Origin: Polynucleobacter sp.
GTDB lineage: Bacteria > Pseudomonadota > Gammaproteobacteria > Burkholderiales > Burkholderiaceae
Assembly (NCBI RefSeq): GCF_040400325.1
Contig: NZ_JBBAQK010000010.1
Span: 7,698 to 71,697, forward strand
Direction: 5' to 3'
DNA length: 64,000 nt
In this document: positions 23,654 to 34,646 of the stretch, piece after piece
Layout of the letters: every line of letters begins with the position of its first letter
Position numbering within the stretch: position 1 is the first letter of the stretch
Translations under genes and position numbers: made by a program
The notes under the pieces: model-generated
The model's database searches: none
What the model was told of the DNA's origin: nothing
Seen by the model: the letters and a program-made list of their open reading frames with translations, nothing else

Positions 23654-25324
23654 ATGAGTAGCTCAGCGCGTCGCCTCCTTGTTACCTCCGCTTTGCCATA
23701 TGCCAATGGTCAGATTCATATCGGCCATTTAGTGGAGTATGTGCAAACCGATATTTGGGTACGATTTCAGCGCATGCGCGGCCATGAGGTTCACTATGTC
23801 GGCGCTGACGATACCCACGGCACCCCCATCATGTTGCGGGCAGAAAAAGAAGGTATCACTCCTAAGGAACTGATCGCTAATGTTTGGAAAGAACATAAGC
23901 GCGACTTTGATAACTTCTTGATTTCATTTGACAACTACTACACAACTGATAGTCCTGAGAATAAAAAACTTGCGCAAAGTATTTATCTGAAATTACGTGA
24001 TGCTGGCTTCATTGAAAAACGGGCAATTGAACAAGCTTATGATCCCGTTAAAGAAATGTTTCTACCTGATCGCTTTATCAAAGGTGAATGCCCGAAATGT
24101 GGCGCAAAAGATCAATACGGTGATTCCTGCGAAAAGTGCGGAGCTACGTACTCACCTACCGATCTAAAAAACCCCTTCTCAGTTGTGAGTGGTGCCACAC
24201 CGATTAAAAAAGTTTCTGACCATTATTTCTTTAAATTATCTGATCCCCGTTGCGAAACTTTCTTGCGTGACTGGACTCAAGTGAAAACGCCATTGCAGCC
24301 TGAAGCCCGAAATAAGATGAAGGAATGGGTTGGGGAACCTGGCGAAAGCAAGCTTGGTGATTGGGATATCTCTCGAGATGCGCCCTACTTTGGCTTTGAA
24401 ATTCCTGATGCACCAGGCAAATATTTCTATGTCTGGCTTGATGCTCCGATTGGTTACTACGCTAGCTTCCTGAACTACTGCCAAAAACAGGGTCTCGATT
24501 TTGATGAGTGGGTTAAGCCCGATACCACTACTGAGCAGTACCATTTCATCGGTAAAGATATTTTATATTTCCACACTCTCTTTTGGCCTGCTACCTTGCA
24601 ATTCGCGGGCTACAGGACTCCGACTAATGTTTTTGCACATGGCTTCTTAACTGTCGATGGTGAAAAGATGAGCAAATCACGCGGAACCCTCATCTCTGCC
24701 AAGAGCGTGATTGAGTGCGGCTTTAATCCCGAGTGGTTCCGTTATTACTTCGCTACCAAGCTCAATGACAGCATGGAAGACTTAGATCTTAATCTGCAAG
24801 ATTTTGTTGCCAGAGTCAATAGCGATCTATTAGGTAAATACATTAACATTGCCAGTCGCAGCGCAGGCTTCTTGGTCAAGCGCTTTGATGGCGTTATCTC
24901 AGATGAAGCGATGAGCAATCCGCTACTACAAGAAATTACTGCTGCAAGCGAAAAAATTGCAGCGCTCTATGAAGGTCGTGAATACGCGAAAGCGTTACGT
25001 ACCATCATGGATTTGGCGGATAAGGTAAATAGTTTTGTCGATGAAAATAAGCCTTGGGAAATTGCCAAAGATCCAACACGCGATATCGACCTTCAACGAG
25101 TCTGTAGTGTGACTTTGGAAGCCTTTCGTATGCTCAGCCTGTATCTCAAGCCGGTGATCCCTCAAGTCGCTGCGGGTGTAGAGGCATTTTTATCTATACC
25201 CCCCTTAAGCTGGTCTGATATTGATCAACCACTGTCTAGCAAGAACCCTATTAAGGCCTATCAGCATCTCATGACGCGAGTAGAAGCCCCACAAATTGAG
25301 GCTTTGCTGGCTGCAAACTTATAA
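23654..25324 (+). CDS. metG: Methionine--tRNA ligase (short form)
   Basis: [13 protein letters not shown] (HIGH), CPKC...CEKC zinc knuckle, [16 protein letters not shown]. Confidence 0.97.
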   Translation: MSSSARRLLVTSALPYANGQIHIGHLVEYVQTDIWVRFQRMRGHEVHYVGADDTHGTPIMLRAEKEGITPKELIANVWKEHKRDFDNFLISFDNYYTTDSPENKKLAQSIYLKLRDAGFIEKRAIEQAYDPVKEMFLPDRFIKGECPKCGAKDQYGDSCEKCGATYSPTDLKNPFSVVSGATPIKKVSDHYFFKLSDPRCETFLRDWTQVKTPLQPEARNKMKEWVGEPGESKLGDWDISRDAPYFGFEIPDAPGKYFYVWLDAPIGYYASFLNYCQKQGLDFDEWVKPDTTTEQYHFIGKDILYFHTLFWPATLQFAGYRTPTNVFAHGFLTVDGEKMSKSRGTLISAKSVIECGFNPEWFRYYFATKLNDSMEDLDLNLQDFVARVNSDLLGKYINIASRSAGFLVKRFDGVISDEAMSNPLLQEITAASEKIAALYEGREYAKALRTIMDLADKVNSFVDENKPWEIAKDPTRDIDLQRVCSVTLEAFRMLSLYLKPVIPQVAAGVEAFLSIPPLSWSDIDQPLSSKNPIKAYQHLMTRVEAPQIEALLAANL

Positions 25325-25429
25325 AAAGTCCCTGAAAAACCACCTATATAATGGTGCCTGTAGTCCCTAAATGGCTTTTGGTATTTATATCATAAGCCAT
25401 TGAATTTATTGAGTATTTTAGGAAATGCC

Positions 25430-25610
25430 ATGGCAAGATATCAATCTGAATTCACCCAGTTCTTAAATGAACTGAAAACTGAGAAACCTCAGCTCGAAGC
25501 AGACCAGCAAGCTGGTCGTGCTCTGTTATGGGATCAAGATCCATTAAGCATTGAAGATCAGCGTCGTGCAAAAGCCGCTAAATTAAAACAACGCGCTTAC
25601 GTCTATTCGA

Positions 25611-25618
<8 letters not shown>
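25430..25618 (+). CDS. Small conserved protein (DUF3460-like)
   Basis: YQSEFTQFLNELK..KPQLE..Q..GRALLWD. AGGA SD. Overlaps the scpA start. Confidence 0.75.
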
Positions 25619-27322
<1,704 letters not shown>

Positions 27323-27329
27323 TCTAAGA

Positions 27330-28262
27330 TTACAAGACAAAGAATTGCCCAACTTGTAAATTGAGTTCTTTGGCTAATTCAGCGCCACTGACTTTACCTG
27401 AGGCCCCTTTTGCTTTGAGGACTTCAATTTGACCTCCATGACAGGCAACAAAGAAAGAATCTAGGGTAATGGCAGTTATCTCTCCAGGCTTTCCTTTGAC
27501 CGCCCCAAACGTTGCGACCACATGCTTGTGGCAATCATAGATTTGCACTTTTTGCTCACCCAGCGTAGTCCATGCACCAGGCGCAGGATTACAAGCGCGT
27601 ATCAGGTTATAGATTTGGCTAATATGTATTGCCCAATGAATCTGTGCAGCATTGACATCAAACCAACCTTCGTAATTGGCTTGTGATTCATCTTGAGTGA
27701 TCTCTTGATGCTTGCCTGCTACCACTAGATCGGCTGCTTCTAGTAGCGCTTTCACACCAACAGGGAAAAGATGATCAAAGTAAATTTTGCCTAGAGTGTC
27801 ATCAGGCCCAATAGCCACTTCTTTTTGCAAAATCACTGGACCTTCATCCAGGCCGTCAGAAGGTCGGAAAATAGTTAAACCTGTTTTTTCTTCACCTAAA
27901 GCAATTGCCCAGTTAATCGCGCTCGGACCGCGATATTTTGGCAATAAAGATGGGTGATATTGAATCGTGCCGTGTTTAGGAATCTTGACGAGTTCTTGAG
28001 GCACAAATTGCAAGACATAAGCCATCACGCAGATATCGGCATTGCTATCTATCATGGCCTGAGCAGCATCAGGACCTTTGAGAGAGGAAAACTGCAAAGG
28101 GGTTAAGCCCTTTGCTAGTGCTGCCTCTTTGAGGACTTCGGGCTTAGTGGAATTAGGATTATCAGGCGGACAAAAAACAGCAACGAGCTCATTCCCACGA
28201 TCCAAAAAGGCCTCTAATGCTGCCTTACCAAAATCTGCACTCCCTATCAATGCAACCCGCAT
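27330..28262 (-). CDS. Formyltransferase-fold protein resembling the hydrolase domain of 10-formyl-THF dehydrogenase (would usually be auto-annotated as Fmt)
   Basis: HPSLLPKYRGPSAINW, DGLDEG, PAPGAW. Starts 1 nt after the frc stop. Confidence 0.8.
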   Translation of the reverse strand: MRVALIGSADFGKAALEAFLDRGNELVAVFCPPDNPNSTKPEVLKEAALAKGLTPLQFSSLKGPDAAQAMIDSNADICVMAYVLQFVPQELVKIPKHGTIQYHPSLLPKYRGPSAINWAIALGEEKTGLTIFRPSDGLDEGPVILQKEVAIGPDDTLGKIYFDHLFPVGVKALLEAADLVVAGKHQEITQDESQANYEGWFDVNAAQIHWAIHISQIYNLIRACNPAPGAWTTLGEQKVQIYDCHKHVVATFGAVKGKPGEITAITLDSFFVACHGGQIEVLKAKGASGKVSGAELAKELNLQVGQFFVL

Positions 28263-28263
28263 G

Positions 28264-29511
28264 TTAGATCACCTTATCATGACGTAGTGAAATCAACTCA
28301 TCAGTGGAATAACCTAATTCACTGAGAATTTCATCGGTATGCTCACCTAGTAAGGGCGAACGAGTAACCTCGGTTGGACTATCAGACATCTTGATAGGAT
28401 TACCTACGGTGAGATACTTGCCACGAATTGGGTGGTCCACTTCTACCACTGTGCCAGTAGCACGCAGCGCTGGCTCTTCAGCAATTTCTTTCATCGACAA
28501 AATAGGGCCACAAGGTATGTCGTATTGATTCAAGATATCCATGACTTCGAATTTATTTTTTGTCATGGTCCATTTTTCAATCTCGCCAAAGATTTCCATC
28601 AAGTGGGGTAAGCGTGCCATGGGTGAGGCAAAACGCAAATCAGCAATCCAATCTTCCCGACCGATTACCTTACAAACAGCTTCCCATACTGGCGCTTGAA
28701 TAATCACATACATATAGGCATTTGGATCAGTTTCCCATCCCTTACATTTCACAATCCAACCAGGCTGACCGCCGCTAGAGGCATTACCAGCACGGGGTAC
28801 CGCATCACCAAACTCACCATTTGGATACTGTGGGTACTCTTGCATCACACCAACACGCTCTAAACGCTGTTGATCACGCAATTTGACGCGGCATAAGTTC
28901 AATACAGCATCTTGCATTGCTGCTAATACTTTTTGACCACGACCAGAATGGGTACGCTGATATAAGGCAGTCACAATCCCTAAAGCTAAATGCAAGCCAG
29001 TACCACTATCGCCAATTTGCGCACCAGTGACCATCGGAGGGCCATCATCAAACCCGGTTGTCGAAGCAGAGCCGCCCGCGCATTGCGCTACGTTCTCGTA
29101 CACCTTGCAATCTTCGTATGGGCCAGGACCAAAACCTTTTACAGAAGCCATAATCATCATAGGGTTGAGCTCTTGAATCCGTTCCCAAGAAAATCCCATA
29201 CGATCTAAAGCACCCGGTGCAAAATTCTCAACCAGCACATCACACTCTTTAATTAAGCGCTCAAGAATTTCTTTACCTTTTTGAGTTTTGGTATTTACAG
29301 TAATCGAACGCTTGTTGTGATTGAGCATCGTGAAATACAAACTATCTGCATCAGGGATGTCACGCAATTGGCCGCGGGTTGCATCTCCTTCGCCTGATTT
29401 TTCTACTTTAATGACGTCAGCTCCGAACCAAGCTAGTAGCTGCGTACAAGTTGGTCCTGACTGAACATGAGTAAAGTCGAGGATTTTGACCCCTTCTAGG
29501 GCTTTTGCCAT
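28264..29511 (-). CDS. frc: Formyl-CoA:oxalate CoA-transferase, paralogue 2 (family III)
   Basis: [40 protein letters not shown] (catalytic Asp), [17 protein letters not shown]. Confidence 0.9.
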   Translation of the reverse strand: MAKALEGVKILDFTHVQSGPTCTQLLAWFGADVIKVEKSGEGDATRGQLRDIPDADSLYFTMLNHNKRSITVNTKTQKGKEILERLIKECDVLVENFAPGALDRMGFSWERIQELNPMMIMASVKGFGPGPYEDCKVYENVAQCAGGSASTTGFDDGPPMVTGAQIGDSGTGLHLALGIVTALYQRTHSGRGQKVLAAMQDAVLNLCRVKLRDQQRLERVGVMQEYPQYPNGEFGDAVPRAGNASSGGQPGWIVKCKGWETDPNAYMYVIIQAPVWEAVCKVIGREDWIADLRFASPMARLPHLMEIFGEIEKWTMTKNKFEVMDILNQYDIPCGPILSMKEIAEEPALRATGTVVEVDHPIRGKYLTVGNPIKMSDSPTEVTRSPLLGEHTDEILSELGYSTDELISLRHDKVI

Positions 29512-29622
29512 GATTTGCGTCCTAATAAGAATAAAATTTTGAATTGTGACAATTTTACCAGCGAGGAATCAGGCCAGTGAGAGCATGCCAAAATTTTGGG
29601 CAAAGACCGATGTAAAACCTAT

Positions 29623-30066
29623 TTAGGGCTCTATTTTGCTGGACTGAGGATTTTCAAGATCAGCAAGGCGCTTTTTCAAGGTCCGTTCCTCGGCAAAACG
29701 CTCAGTTTCATCGCGAATGACTGCCACCACTCCATTGGCATGATGGTTTTCATCGAATAGCATGCCGACCGTAAATGCAATGGATAGAGTACTGCCATCC
29801 TTGTGCCTGGCCGGAACTTTCAATACAGAAGCTCCATAGCGCGTGGTTCCAGTCAACATCGATTTACTGTAGCCCTCATTATGTCTGTGACGCTGACGCT
29901 CTGGCACGATTAAATCGACGGTATTACCAAGGGCCTCTGCTTCGGAATATCCAAAAATGCGGGTAGCCGCAGCATTCCACAGCACAATCTTTTCATTAGC
30001 ATCGGAAACAATAATGGCGTCTCCTATAGATTGAGCTAGGTGACTCAAATCGATATTCGTATTCAT
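29623..30066 (-). CDS. Stand-alone PAS-domain protein with no output domain
   Basis: DAIIVSD...IVLWNAAATRIFGYSEAEALG..VDLIVP (PAS); HKDGS (PAC); C-terminal coiled coil. 147 aa. Confidence 0.88.
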   Translation of the reverse strand: MNTNIDLSHLAQSIGDAIIVSDANEKIVLWNAAATRIFGYSEAEALGNTVDLIVPERQRHRHNEGYSKSMLTGTTRYGASVLKVPARHKDGSTLSIAFTVGMLFDENHHANGVVAVIRDETERFAEERTLKKRLADLENPQSSKIEP

Positions 30067-30072
30067 ATAGCC

Positions 30073-30078
30073 AGTCTA
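30073..30078 (-). promoter_or_regulatory. Putative extended -10 (TGa-TAGACT), 6 nt before the PAS gene ATG (leaderless candidate)
   Basis: Minus strand TGA-TAGACT-ggctat-ATG, downstream of the frc terminator. Confidence 0.5.
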
Positions 30079-30114
30079 TCAATATTTAGATTGCATCTAG
30101 TATTTTGAGGTGAG

Positions 30115-30142
30115 AAAAAAGGCGCCCACTAGGAGCGCCTTG
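30115..30142 (-). terminator. Intrinsic terminator after the oxc-frc operon
   Basis: Minus strand AAGGCGCTC-CTAGT-GGGCGCCTT followed by a T tract. Confidence 0.85.
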
Positions 30143-30161
30143 AAATGAATGCCTATTATTA

Positions 30162-31412
30162 CTAAACTGCTTTAGCTTCATGCAGCTTAGCAATTTCATC
30201 TTTGCCATAACCAAGATCAGTCAACACTTCATCAGTGTGCTCACCCAACACTGGTGAAGGCTTCACCTCAACCTCTAAATCAGAGAACTTGATTGGGCTA
30301 CCAATAGTTAAATACTTACCACGCACTTTGTGGTCAACTTCAACAATTGAACCGCTCTTACGCAAGTCTGGAGATGCAGCTAATTCCTTCATAGATAACA
30401 CTGGAGCGCATGGGATATCAAACTTACGCAGGATATCTACAGCCTCATACTTAGTCTTGTCTTTAAGCCAATCTTCAATCGTTGCGAAGATATCAAAAAT
30501 TTTATCTTGTCGAGCTTCAGCAGTCATGTACGCAGGATCAGTTGCCCATTCTGGCTTACCTAAAGCTGTAGTAATTGGCTCCCAAGCATGGCCTTGAATG
30601 GTGAAATAGATATATGCGTTTGGATCAGTTTCCCATCCCTTACACTTCAATACCCAACCTGGCTGACCGCCGCCACCAGCATTACCACCGCGTGGTACTA
30701 CATCAGAGAATGTGCCATGCGGGTACTGTGGATACTCTTCTAAATAGCCAATCTTATCTAAACGCTGCTGATCACGCAATTTCACGCGGCATAAGTTCAA
30801 TACTGCATCTTGCATTGAGCAAGAAACCTTTTGACCTTTGCCTGTTTTTTGACGTTGCATCAACGCAGTCAAAATACCGATTGCTAAATGCATACCAGTA
30901 TTAGAATCGCCCAAAGCTGCAGCAGAAACAGTCGGAGGACCATCCCAGAAACCGGTTGTTGAAGCAGCACCACCGGCACACTGAGCAACGTTCTCATACA
31001 CTTTTAAGTCTTCATATGAGTGGCCATCGCTAAAACCTTTTACTGATGCCAAAATCATTTTTGGATTGAGTTCTTGAATACGCTTCCAAGAGAAACCCAT
31101 ACGATCTAAAGCGCCAGGACCAAAGTTCTCAACCATGACATCAGAAACTTTGATCATCTTTTCTAATACTTCCTTACCCTCTGGAGTTTTGGTATCCAAA
31201 GTCAAAGAACGCTTATTACCGTTTAGCATAGTGAAGTACAAAGCATCTACGCCTGGGATGTCACGTAATTGACTACGAGTAACGTCGCCAGAACCTGGAC
31301 GCTCAACCTTAATCACGTCAGCCCCATAAAAGCCCAATAATTGAGTGCATGCAGGACCCGCTTGAACGTGGGTGAAGTCAATGATGCGAATACCGTCTAA
31401 TGGTTTAGTCAT
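30162..31412 (-). CDS. frc: Formyl-CoA:oxalate CoA-transferase, paralogue 1
   Basis: [26 protein letters not shown] (catalytic Asp), NAGGGGQPG tetraglycine loop. Confidence 0.95.
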   Translation of the reverse strand: MTKPLDGIRIIDFTHVQAGPACTQLLGFYGADVIKVERPGSGDVTRSQLRDIPGVDALYFTMLNGNKRSLTLDTKTPEGKEVLEKMIKVSDVMVENFGPGALDRMGFSWKRIQELNPKMILASVKGFSDGHSYEDLKVYENVAQCAGGAASTTGFWDGPPTVSAAALGDSNTGMHLAIGILTALMQRQKTGKGQKVSCSMQDAVLNLCRVKLRDQQRLDKIGYLEEYPQYPHGTFSDVVPRGGNAGGGGQPGWVLKCKGWETDPNAYIYFTIQGHAWEPITTALGKPEWATDPAYMTAEARQDKIFDIFATIEDWLKDKTKYEAVDILRKFDIPCAPVLSMKELAASPDLRKSGSIVEVDHKVRGKYLTIGSPIKFSDLEVEVKPSPVLGEHTDEVLTDLGYGKDEIAKLHEAKAV

Positions 31413-31454
31413 GTTTATTTCTCCTTAAGTATTACGTATTTAGCTTTAGTAAAA

Positions 31455-33164
31455 TTATTTCTTAGCAGCTGCAGAAGATGGGTTTAAGTTTGTTAAACGC
31501 CCACTTTCAGTACCCGCAGTTTCATCAATAACAGCATTGATGAGGGCAGGTTTACCAGCAGCGATTGCTTCTGTTAACGCTACTTCTAATTCTGCTGGAG
31601 TAGTTACGTAGTAACCCACTCCACCAAATGCTTCGATCATCTTGTCGTAACGAGCATTTTTTACGAATACGGTCGGAGCAACATCAGCGCCGCCGGTTGG
31701 GTTCACGTCGGTGCCACGGTATACGCCGTTATTATTGAAAACAACTGTAGTGATTGGCAAGTTGTAACGGCAAATAGTTTCTAATTCCATGCCGCTAAAG
31801 CCAAATGCGCTATCGCCCTCGACTGCAACGGTTGGCAAGTTACTGATCACTGAAGCGCCAATCGCATAGCCCATACCAATACCCATAATGCCCCAGGTAC
31901 CGGAGTCAAAACGCTTACGCGGCTTATACATATTCACAATCGCACGGCAGAAGTCCAGCGTGTTTGCGCCCTCGTTTACTAAGTTCACATCAGGGTTCTT
32001 CTTAATCACATCACGAATCGCACGTAATGCCCCATGGAAGTTCATTGGACTTACGTCTTTGGCAAGTGTCTCTGCCATCTTCGCCATGTTCTTGTCTTTT
32101 TTCTCATTGATTGCTGAAATCCATTCAACGCTTGGCTTGGGAACAGAAGCAATGCCTTTTAACAATTCACCAACGCATGAACCAATGTCACCAATCAATG
32201 GTGCGGAAATTTGTACGTTGCTATCAACTTCATTGGCCTGAATATCGATCTGAATAAATTTCTTAGGCTCCTTGCCCCAGGTCTTGCCCTTTCCATGAGC
32301 CAATAACCAGTTCAAGCGCGCACCAATTAATAAGACTGTGTCAGCCTCTGCTAAAACAAACGAGCGGGCTGGGGATGCAGTTTGAGGATGATCATCTGGC
32401 AATAAACCTTTTGCCATCGACATTGGCAAGTAAGGAATACCAGACTTCTCGATCAAGTCACGGATCTCTTTATCAGCCTGCGCATAAGCGGCGCCTTTGC
32501 CCAAGAGAATCAATGGACGTTTAGCGCCTTTGAGTACATCTAATGCACGCGCTACAGCATCAGCTGCTGGAATCTGGCGCGGCACGGGATCGATTACTTT
32601 GAAAATAGACTTCTTTGCCTCTTCGGCTGGCATAGTTTGGGCTAATAACTGTGCAGGCAGGTCTAAATACACTCCGCCTGGACGACCTGAAACCGCAGCG
32701 CGAATGGCACGTGCAAAACCAATACCGATATCTTCAATGTGATTAATACGATAAGCTGCTTTACAATATGGCTTAGCAGCATTGAGCTGATCCATCTCTT
32801 CATAGTCGCCCTGTTGTAAGTCAACAATTTCACGCTCACTTGAGCCACTAATCAAAATCATCGGGAAACAATTCACAGTTGCATTGGCAAGTGCTGTTAA
32901 ACCATTTAAGAATCCTGGTGCAGAAACCGTCATACAAATACCAGGCTTTTGAGTCATGAAGCCTGCAATTGCTGCGGCATTACCTGCGTGTTGCTCATGA
33001 CGGAAACCAATAAAGCGTATTCCTTCAGCTTGAGCCAAACGACACAAGTCAGTTATTGGAATGCCAACCAGACCAAAAATAGTGTTGAGATCATTCGCTT
33101 TCAAAGCATCGATGACCAGATGAAAGCCATCAGTTAATTGTGTGTTTTGAGTATCTGTTGTCAT
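31455..33164 (-). CDS. oxc: Oxalyl-CoA decarboxylase (ThDP-dependent)
   Basis: [50 protein letters not shown]...NNNG, GTESG. Confidence 0.96.
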   Translation of the reverse strand: MTTDTQNTQLTDGFHLVIDALKANDLNTIFGLVGIPITDLCRLAQAEGIRFIGFRHEQHAGNAAAIAGFMTQKPGICMTVSAPGFLNGLTALANATVNCFPMILISGSSEREIVDLQQGDYEEMDQLNAAKPYCKAAYRINHIEDIGIGFARAIRAAVSGRPGGVYLDLPAQLLAQTMPAEEAKKSIFKVIDPVPRQIPAADAVARALDVLKGAKRPLILLGKGAAYAQADKEIRDLIEKSGIPYLPMSMAKGLLPDDHPQTASPARSFVLAEADTVLLIGARLNWLLAHGKGKTWGKEPKKFIQIDIQANEVDSNVQISAPLIGDIGSCVGELLKGIASVPKPSVEWISAINEKKDKNMAKMAETLAKDVSPMNFHGALRAIRDVIKKNPDVNLVNEGANTLDFCRAIVNMYKPRKRFDSGTWGIMGIGMGYAIGASVISNLPTVAVEGDSAFGFSGMELETICRYNLPITTVVFNNNGVYRGTDVNPTGGADVAPTVFVKNARYDKMIEAFGGVGYYVTTPAELEVALTEAIAAGKPALINAVIDETAGTESGRLTNLNPSSAAAKK

Positions 33165-33289
33165 AGAAATTTTTTATACATTACAAAGGCTTATGCAGGG
33201 ACTAAATCCCTGTAGTGTCGCTTTCGCTATTGGTCTTCCATTAAGTTATTTATTGCATGCTGAGTTCAACCCAGCTTAGGCAGAGATGA

Positions 33290-33332
33290 ATATTAGGCTT
33301 GAGGAAGAGGATGATCATTGACTTCGGTCAAT
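33290..33332 (-). promoter_or_regulatory. Class II Crp/Fnr-type promoter of oxc: ATTGAC-N4-GTCAAT box (33317-33332) and -10 TAATAT (33295-33290)
   Basis: The palindrome resembles the FNR consensus TTGAT-N4-ATCAA. If the TANNNT hexamer is at -12..-7, the box centre falls at -41.5. Confidence 0.7.
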
Positions 33333-33366
33333 TTCCCCCAAATCCAGCGCCCCAAAGGGAAATTGT

Positions 33367-33984
33367 TTAGATAAAAAGCTCTTTATGCTTCGTTTTAAGG
33401 CGGCTCAAAGTCTCTGGTGAGAGGTTGAGGTAGGCTGCCAGCTCCTTTTTAGGGAGGAGCTCAAACAAGTTCTCATATTTTCGTAAGAAACGCTCTACCC
33501 GACCTGGAGCATCTAGCATATGCAAGGTAATGGTGTGAGCCATAATTTCACTCATCAGGCGCATTACCTCAAGCTCAAAAGTCTCCTTCAGAAGCTTATG
33601 CTCTTCCAGAAATTCAGCCCATTTTTTCATAGGCATGCGAGCCACACGGGTTTTGTTAACGCATGCAATACTGTAGGGGGCAGCCGTTTTAAGGCGCCAA
33701 GCAGCATAGCTAGTTTCGATATCTTTTTCGATAGCAAAACGCAAGATCATCTCTTTAGCGTCAGGACTAGAGACAATGCGCTTGAGAATACCGTCTAGAA
33801 CAAAGTATTGCTCCATCTGATGATCCCCTTGATGGAGCAATATTTCGGATTTTTTGAGATCTGATATCTCTAAAAGGCGCTCTAAATCAGCCATAACAGC
33901 CTGATCCAAGCTTTTAAGCACCGAATTTTGGCTCAACTGCAAGCGAATCAGGTTTTTTTCTGGGTGCCTATCTAATGCGGTCAT
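33367..33984 (-). CDS. Crp/Fnr-family transcriptional regulator
   Basis: cNMP-like domain (LLHQGD..YFVLDGILK) and HTH ELAAYLNLSPETLSRL (FNR-like ExxSR). No N-terminal Cys cluster. Confidence 0.9.
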   Translation of the reverse strand: MTALDRHPEKNLIRLQLSQNSVLKSLDQAVMADLERLLEISDLKKSEILLHQGDHQMEQYFVLDGILKRIVSSPDAKEMILRFAIEKDIETSYAAWRLKTAAPYSIACVNKTRVARMPMKKWAEFLEEHKLLKETFELEVMRLMSEIMAHTITLHMLDAPGRVERFLRKYENLFELLPKKELAAYLNLSPETLSRLKTKHKELFI

Positions 33985-34038
33985 GAATCCTTAATCCTAG
34001 ACCCAGCATTGTAGTCTTTTTAAGAATCCTAATTAAAA

Positions 34039-34053
34039 TATTGCATCGCAACA
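34039..34053. promoter_or_regulatory. TATTGC-ATC-GCAACA dyad (PhaR-like box) upstream of the Crp/Fnr gene
   Basis: TTGC-N3-GCAA dyad. A near-identical copy is at 53535-53549. Confidence 0.45.
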
Positions 34054-34079
34054 AAAGATACCTAATTCTCCTTAGATTC

Positions 34080-34646
34080 TCAAATATTGCGATTCATGTT
34101 GGGGCAGTTAATGAGCTCAAACTCGCCAAAGCCAATAACGTACTCAGGCCAGTCATTTGCATCTTTTAAGACCTTCTGACCACTTTTCATTAAAAAATGA
34201 AGTGCTCGTATGACTCCTGCATGAGTAATCAAAATAATCTCATCAATACCCTCAAGCTCTAACAGCATTGATTTAATTCTATGAATAAACCCCTGAACAC
34301 ACTCCTCGCCACCAAAAAAATGGCTCGGGAACGATTGAACCCATGCATCAATTTCAGCCTTTGGAATATCGCTCCAAAGTACCCCTTCCCAAACGCCGAA
34401 ATTAAACTCGTTTAATCTGCAGTCACTTTGAACAATTGCGTTAGGTCTGAGTATCTGAATCGCCTTCGCTAGGGATAGAGATCGAATCAGGCCTGAAGAA
34501 TAAATTGGCAAATTCTCAGGCAACTGACCCGATAGAGATTGAGCCAAGGAATCCAATTGAGATCTGTCGATCTCTAGATCAAGTTGCCCATAGCAGACAC
34601 CACTAGCCACTAAAGGTTTTGGATGACGGACTACCCAAATCTTCAT
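34080..34646 (-). CDS. cobC: Histidine phosphatase family, putative alpha-ribazole phosphatase
   Basis: VVRH, YSSGLIRS, LNEFNFGVWEG, ITHAGVIR. Last gene of the cob operon. Confidence 0.75.
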   Translation of the reverse strand: MKIWVVRHPKPLVASGVCYGQLDLEIDRSQLDSLAQSLSGQLPENLPIYSSGLIRSLSLAKAIQILRPNAIVQSDCRLNEFNFGVWEGVLWSDIPKAEIDAWVQSFPSHFFGGEECVQGFIHRIKSMLLELEGIDEIILITHAGVIRALHFLMKSGQKVLKDANDWPEYVIGFGEFELINCPNMNRNI

